DNA of 57,930 nucleotides from Actinomycetota bacterium (GTDB lineage Bacteria; Actinomycetota; CADDZG01; JAHWKV01; JAOPZY01): NCBI GenBank assembly GCA_025963875.1, contig JAOPZY010000231.1, positions 1 to 57,930 of the forward strand, read 5' to 3'. Shown piece by piece: positions 55,405 to 57,930 of this stretch (position 1 is its first letter; each line of letters starts with the position of its first letter). The notes under the pieces were generated by a model. It saw only the letters and a program-made list of their open reading frames with translations, ran no database searches and was not told where the DNA came from. The position numbers and the translations under genes were made by a program.

Positions 55405-56181
55405 TCACAGGACCTTGGAGAGAAAGGCTTTGGTCCGTGCCTCGCGGGGCGCGCCGATAACCTCAGCGGGCCGACCTCGCTCGACGATCACCCCGCCGTC
55501 CATGAAGACCACCTGGTCGGCGACTTCCCGGGCGAAGCCCATCTCGTGGGTGACGACCATCATGGTCATCCCCTCACCGGACAGCGCCCGCATCACGTCG
55601 AGGACGTCACCCACCAGTTCCGGGTCGAGGGCCGATGTCGGCTCGTCGAACAGCATCAGCTTCGGATCCATGGCGAGGGCACGGGCGATCGCGACCCGCT
55701 GCTGCTGGCCGCCGGACAGCTGGGAGGGGTACGCGCCTGCCTTCTCCTCGAGGCCGACGCGCTCCAGCAGGACGAGGCCCCGTTTCGTGGCTTCAGCACG
55801 TGATGCCCCACGGACACGCACGGGCGCCTCGATGATGTTGCCGAGGGCCGTCATGTGGGGGAAGAGGTTGAAGCGCTGGAACACCATGCCGACCTCGGCC
55901 CGCCGCTGAGCCACCTCCTTCTCCTTCAGCTCGTAGTTGCGGCTTCCCACCTGCCGGTAGCCGACGAGGTTCCCGTCCACCGAGATCCGTCCGGCATCGA
56001 TTTTCTCCAGGTGGTTGATGCACCGCAGCAGCGTGGATTTGCCCGACCCGGATGGGCCGAGGATCACCATGACCTCGCCCCGGTGGACCTCCAGGTCGAT
56101 GCCACGCAGCACCTCGAGCCTCCCGAACCGCTTGTGGACACCCTGGACGTCGACCATGGGGCGACCGCCGGACTCTGTCAT
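55405..56181 (-). CDS. Polar amino-acid ABC transporter ATP-binding protein
   Basis: [35 protein letters not shown]. Confidence 0.95.
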   Translation of the reverse strand: MTESGGRPMVDVQGVHKRFGRLEVLRGIDLEVHRGEVMVILGPSGSGKSTLLRCINHLEKIDAGRISVDGNLVGYRQVGSRNYELKEKEVAQRRAEVGMVFQRFNLFPHMTALGNIIEAPVRVRGASRAEATKRGLVLLERVGLEEKAGAYPSQLSGGQQQRVAIARALAMDPKLMLFDEPTSALDPELVGDVLDVMRALSGEGMTMMVVTHEMGFAREVADQVVFMDGGVIVERGRPAEVIGAPREARTKAFLSKVL

Positions 56182-57158
56182 CTCAGCACTCTGAACCAGG
56201 GCCGACCCGGCACCAGGTTGCGCCGTATCCGCTGCAGCGGCGTGAGCGGCAGTTCGCGCGATGCGCCGCGGGCGAAGCGGCGCTCGAGGTAGTACTGGCC
56301 GATCGTCGCGATGCTGGTGAGGACGAGGTACCAGATGCTCGCATCCAGAAGGAGCTCCACGACCCGCAGGTTCGTCGAGTAGATGTCGCTGGCCCGGCGC
56401 AGCAGCTCCCCGTAGAGGACAACCGACGCCAGCGACGAGGTCTTGAGCATCGAGATGAACTCGTTGCCCGTCGGGGGGATGATGACCCGCATCGCCTGGG
56501 GCAGGACCACCCGGCGCATGATCAGGCCTGAACGCATACCGAGCGCCTGGGCCGCTTCGGTCTGGCCTTCGTCGACCGAGATGATGGCGGCCCTGACGAT
56601 CTCGGCCATGTAGGCACCCTCGTTCAGGCCAAGGCCGAGGAGCGCCGCCATGAACGAGGTCATGAACAGCACCATCGGCTTCTGGTACAGCACGATGTGC
56701 GTGAAGGGCACCGAGACGGCGAACGTCTTGAACACCTGCGGCACCGCGTTGAACCAGAACAGCAGCTGGACCAGGACCGGCGTGCCGCGGAAGAACCAGA
56801 TGTAGAGCCAGCTCGTGACCGACAGCACCGGGTTCTTGGAGAGGCGCATCACCGAGAGGGTGACGCCCAAGGTGATGCCCACCATCTGGGCGAGGACCGA
56901 GATGACGAGGGTGTTGCGGAGGCCCACGAGGATGGACCTGTTGAAGAGGTAGTGCCGGACGACTGCGAAGTCGGCGAAGCGCGAGTTGACGATCAGCCGG
57001 ATGAGCAGCGCCAGAAGGCCGAGCAGGACGGCCGCGGCCACCCATCGGCCCCAGTGGCGGAGGGGGACCGCCAGGATCTGGTCGGGAGGGGTTTGCTCGG
57101 CTACCCCCTCGGTCTCAGGAGCCGGTACCGCCGTTGATGTCCGCGGTCTTGAGGGCAC
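56178..57158 (-). CDS. Polar amino-acid ABC transporter permease (start uncertain)
   Basis: [35 protein letters not shown]. Confidence 0.9.
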   Translation of the reverse strand: MPSRPRTSTAVPAPETEGVAEQTPPDQILAVPLRHWGRWVAAAVLLGLLALLIRLIVNSRFADFAVVRHYLFNRSILVGLRNTLVISVLAQMVGITLGVTLSVMRLSKNPVLSVTSWLYIWFFRGTPVLVQLLFWFNAVPQVFKTFAVSVPFTHIVLYQKPMVLFMTSFMAALLGLGLNEGAYMAEIVRAAIISVDEGQTEAAQALGMRSGLIMRRVVLPQAMRVIIPPTGNEFISMLKTSSLASVVLYGELLRRASDIYSTNLRVVELLLDASIWYLVLTSIATIGQYYLERRFARGASRELPLTPLQRIRRNLVPGRPWFRVLR

Positions 57159-57930
57159 CGGCCGAAACCCCCCACTTGCTCAGGATCTGGTCGTACGTGC
57201 CATCCCCAATGATCGCCTTGAGCGCCAACTGCACTGCGTCGCGGAGCTGCGTGTTGTCCTTGCTGAAGGCGATGCCGTAGGGAGCGCTCTGGAATTGCTG
57301 ACCGGTCACCTGGAAGTCGTTGCCGCCGCCCGACGTCTTGGCGTTGTAGGCCGCCACGGGGAAGTCGTTCAGGTCGGCGTCGCTGCGGCCGATCTTGAGC
57401 TGCTGCAGGGCGTCGGTGTCCTTGTCGAGCTTCAGGACGTTGACGGTTGCCCTGCCGGCCGCCTGGCACTTCGTTGACTGGCCGTCCGCCACGTCGGCCT
57501 GCGTGGTCCCCTTCTCCAAGGCGACCGTCTTGCCGCACAGGTCGTCCAGCGAGTTGATGTTTTTCGGGTTGCTCTTCTGCACGAGGATCGCCGTCCCGGC
57601 CGTGAAGTAGTCAACGAAATCATCCTCGGCCTGCCGGGTCTTCGTGTCCGTCCTCGCTGACATGACCATGTCGAAGCGCTTCGCCTTCAGGCCTGCGGGC
57701 TGCCCGTCGAAAGGTGCATTCAGGAACGTGACCTTGATCCCCAGCTTGGACCCCAGCGCCTGACCGATGTCGTAGTCCACGCCCTGCACCTGCTGCGTGC
57801 CCTCCTTGAAGAACTCGATCGGTGCGTAGGCGACGTCCGAGCCGACCTTGATCTCCTTGCTGGCCTGGATGGCCGCCGGCAGCTTGGCGAAGAGCCCCGA
57901 TGGGGTGCTCGCCGCCGTCGACGTGCTCTT
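57115..57930 (-). CDS. Polar amino-acid ABC substrate-binding protein, 5'-partial
   Basis: Frame is open to the window end. VGSDVAYAP.EF, G.DYD, DLCGK, PYGIAF.K. Confidence 0.9.
   Translation of the reverse strand, partial: KSTSTAASTPSGLFAKLPAAIQASKEIKVGSDVAYAPIEFFKEGTQQVQGVDYDIGQALGSKLGIKVTFLNAPFDGQPAGLKAKRFDMVMSARTDTKTRQAEDDFVDYFTAGTAILVQKSNPKNINSLDDLCGKTVALEKGTTQADVADGQSTKCQAAGRATVNVLKLDKDTDALQQLKIGRSDADLNDFPVAAYNAKTSGGGNDFQVTGQQFQSAPYGIAFSKDNTQLRDAVQLALKAIIGDGTYDQILSKWGVSAGALKTADINGGTGS

Overview
Very GC-rich actinobacterial DNA (gene style resembles Acidimicrobiia; this taxonomy is inference). Bases 1-42.3 kb are mostly a large cell-envelope glycan locus with many GT2/GT4 glycosyltransferases, SAM/FkbM methyltransferases with coiled coils, and a YfhO-type GT-C. 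It includes a nucleotide-sugar gene set: transaldolase, SIS isomerase, GHMP kinase, HAD phosphatase, nucleotidyltransferase, epimerase, Gfo/Idh/MocA oxidoreductase, a UDP-glucose-dehydrogenase homolog lacking the catalytic Cys, and an SDR. By protein family this matches the lincosamide GDP-octose pathway (LmbR/N/P/K/O/M/L/Z), but here it is linked to envelope glycosylation rather than antibiotic genes. Three other elements are embedded: (i) two diverged copies of a three-gene module (XRE-HTH/helical-repeat regulator, small CxxH/CxxC protein, small YihD-like protein); (ii) a c-di-GMP-II-like riboswitch upstream of four secreted beta-rich proteins that look like a fibre/adhesin operon; (iii) a vapBC pair. 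The right end has a secreted ricin-type lectin, two sensor kinase/NarL regulator pairs, an MFS transporter, an alpha-oxoamine synthase-like enzyme, a nitronate monooxygenase family protein and a polar amino-acid ABC transporter. No rRNA, tRNA, CRISPR array or transposase was recognised. All family calls come from motifs read by eye, not from database searches.
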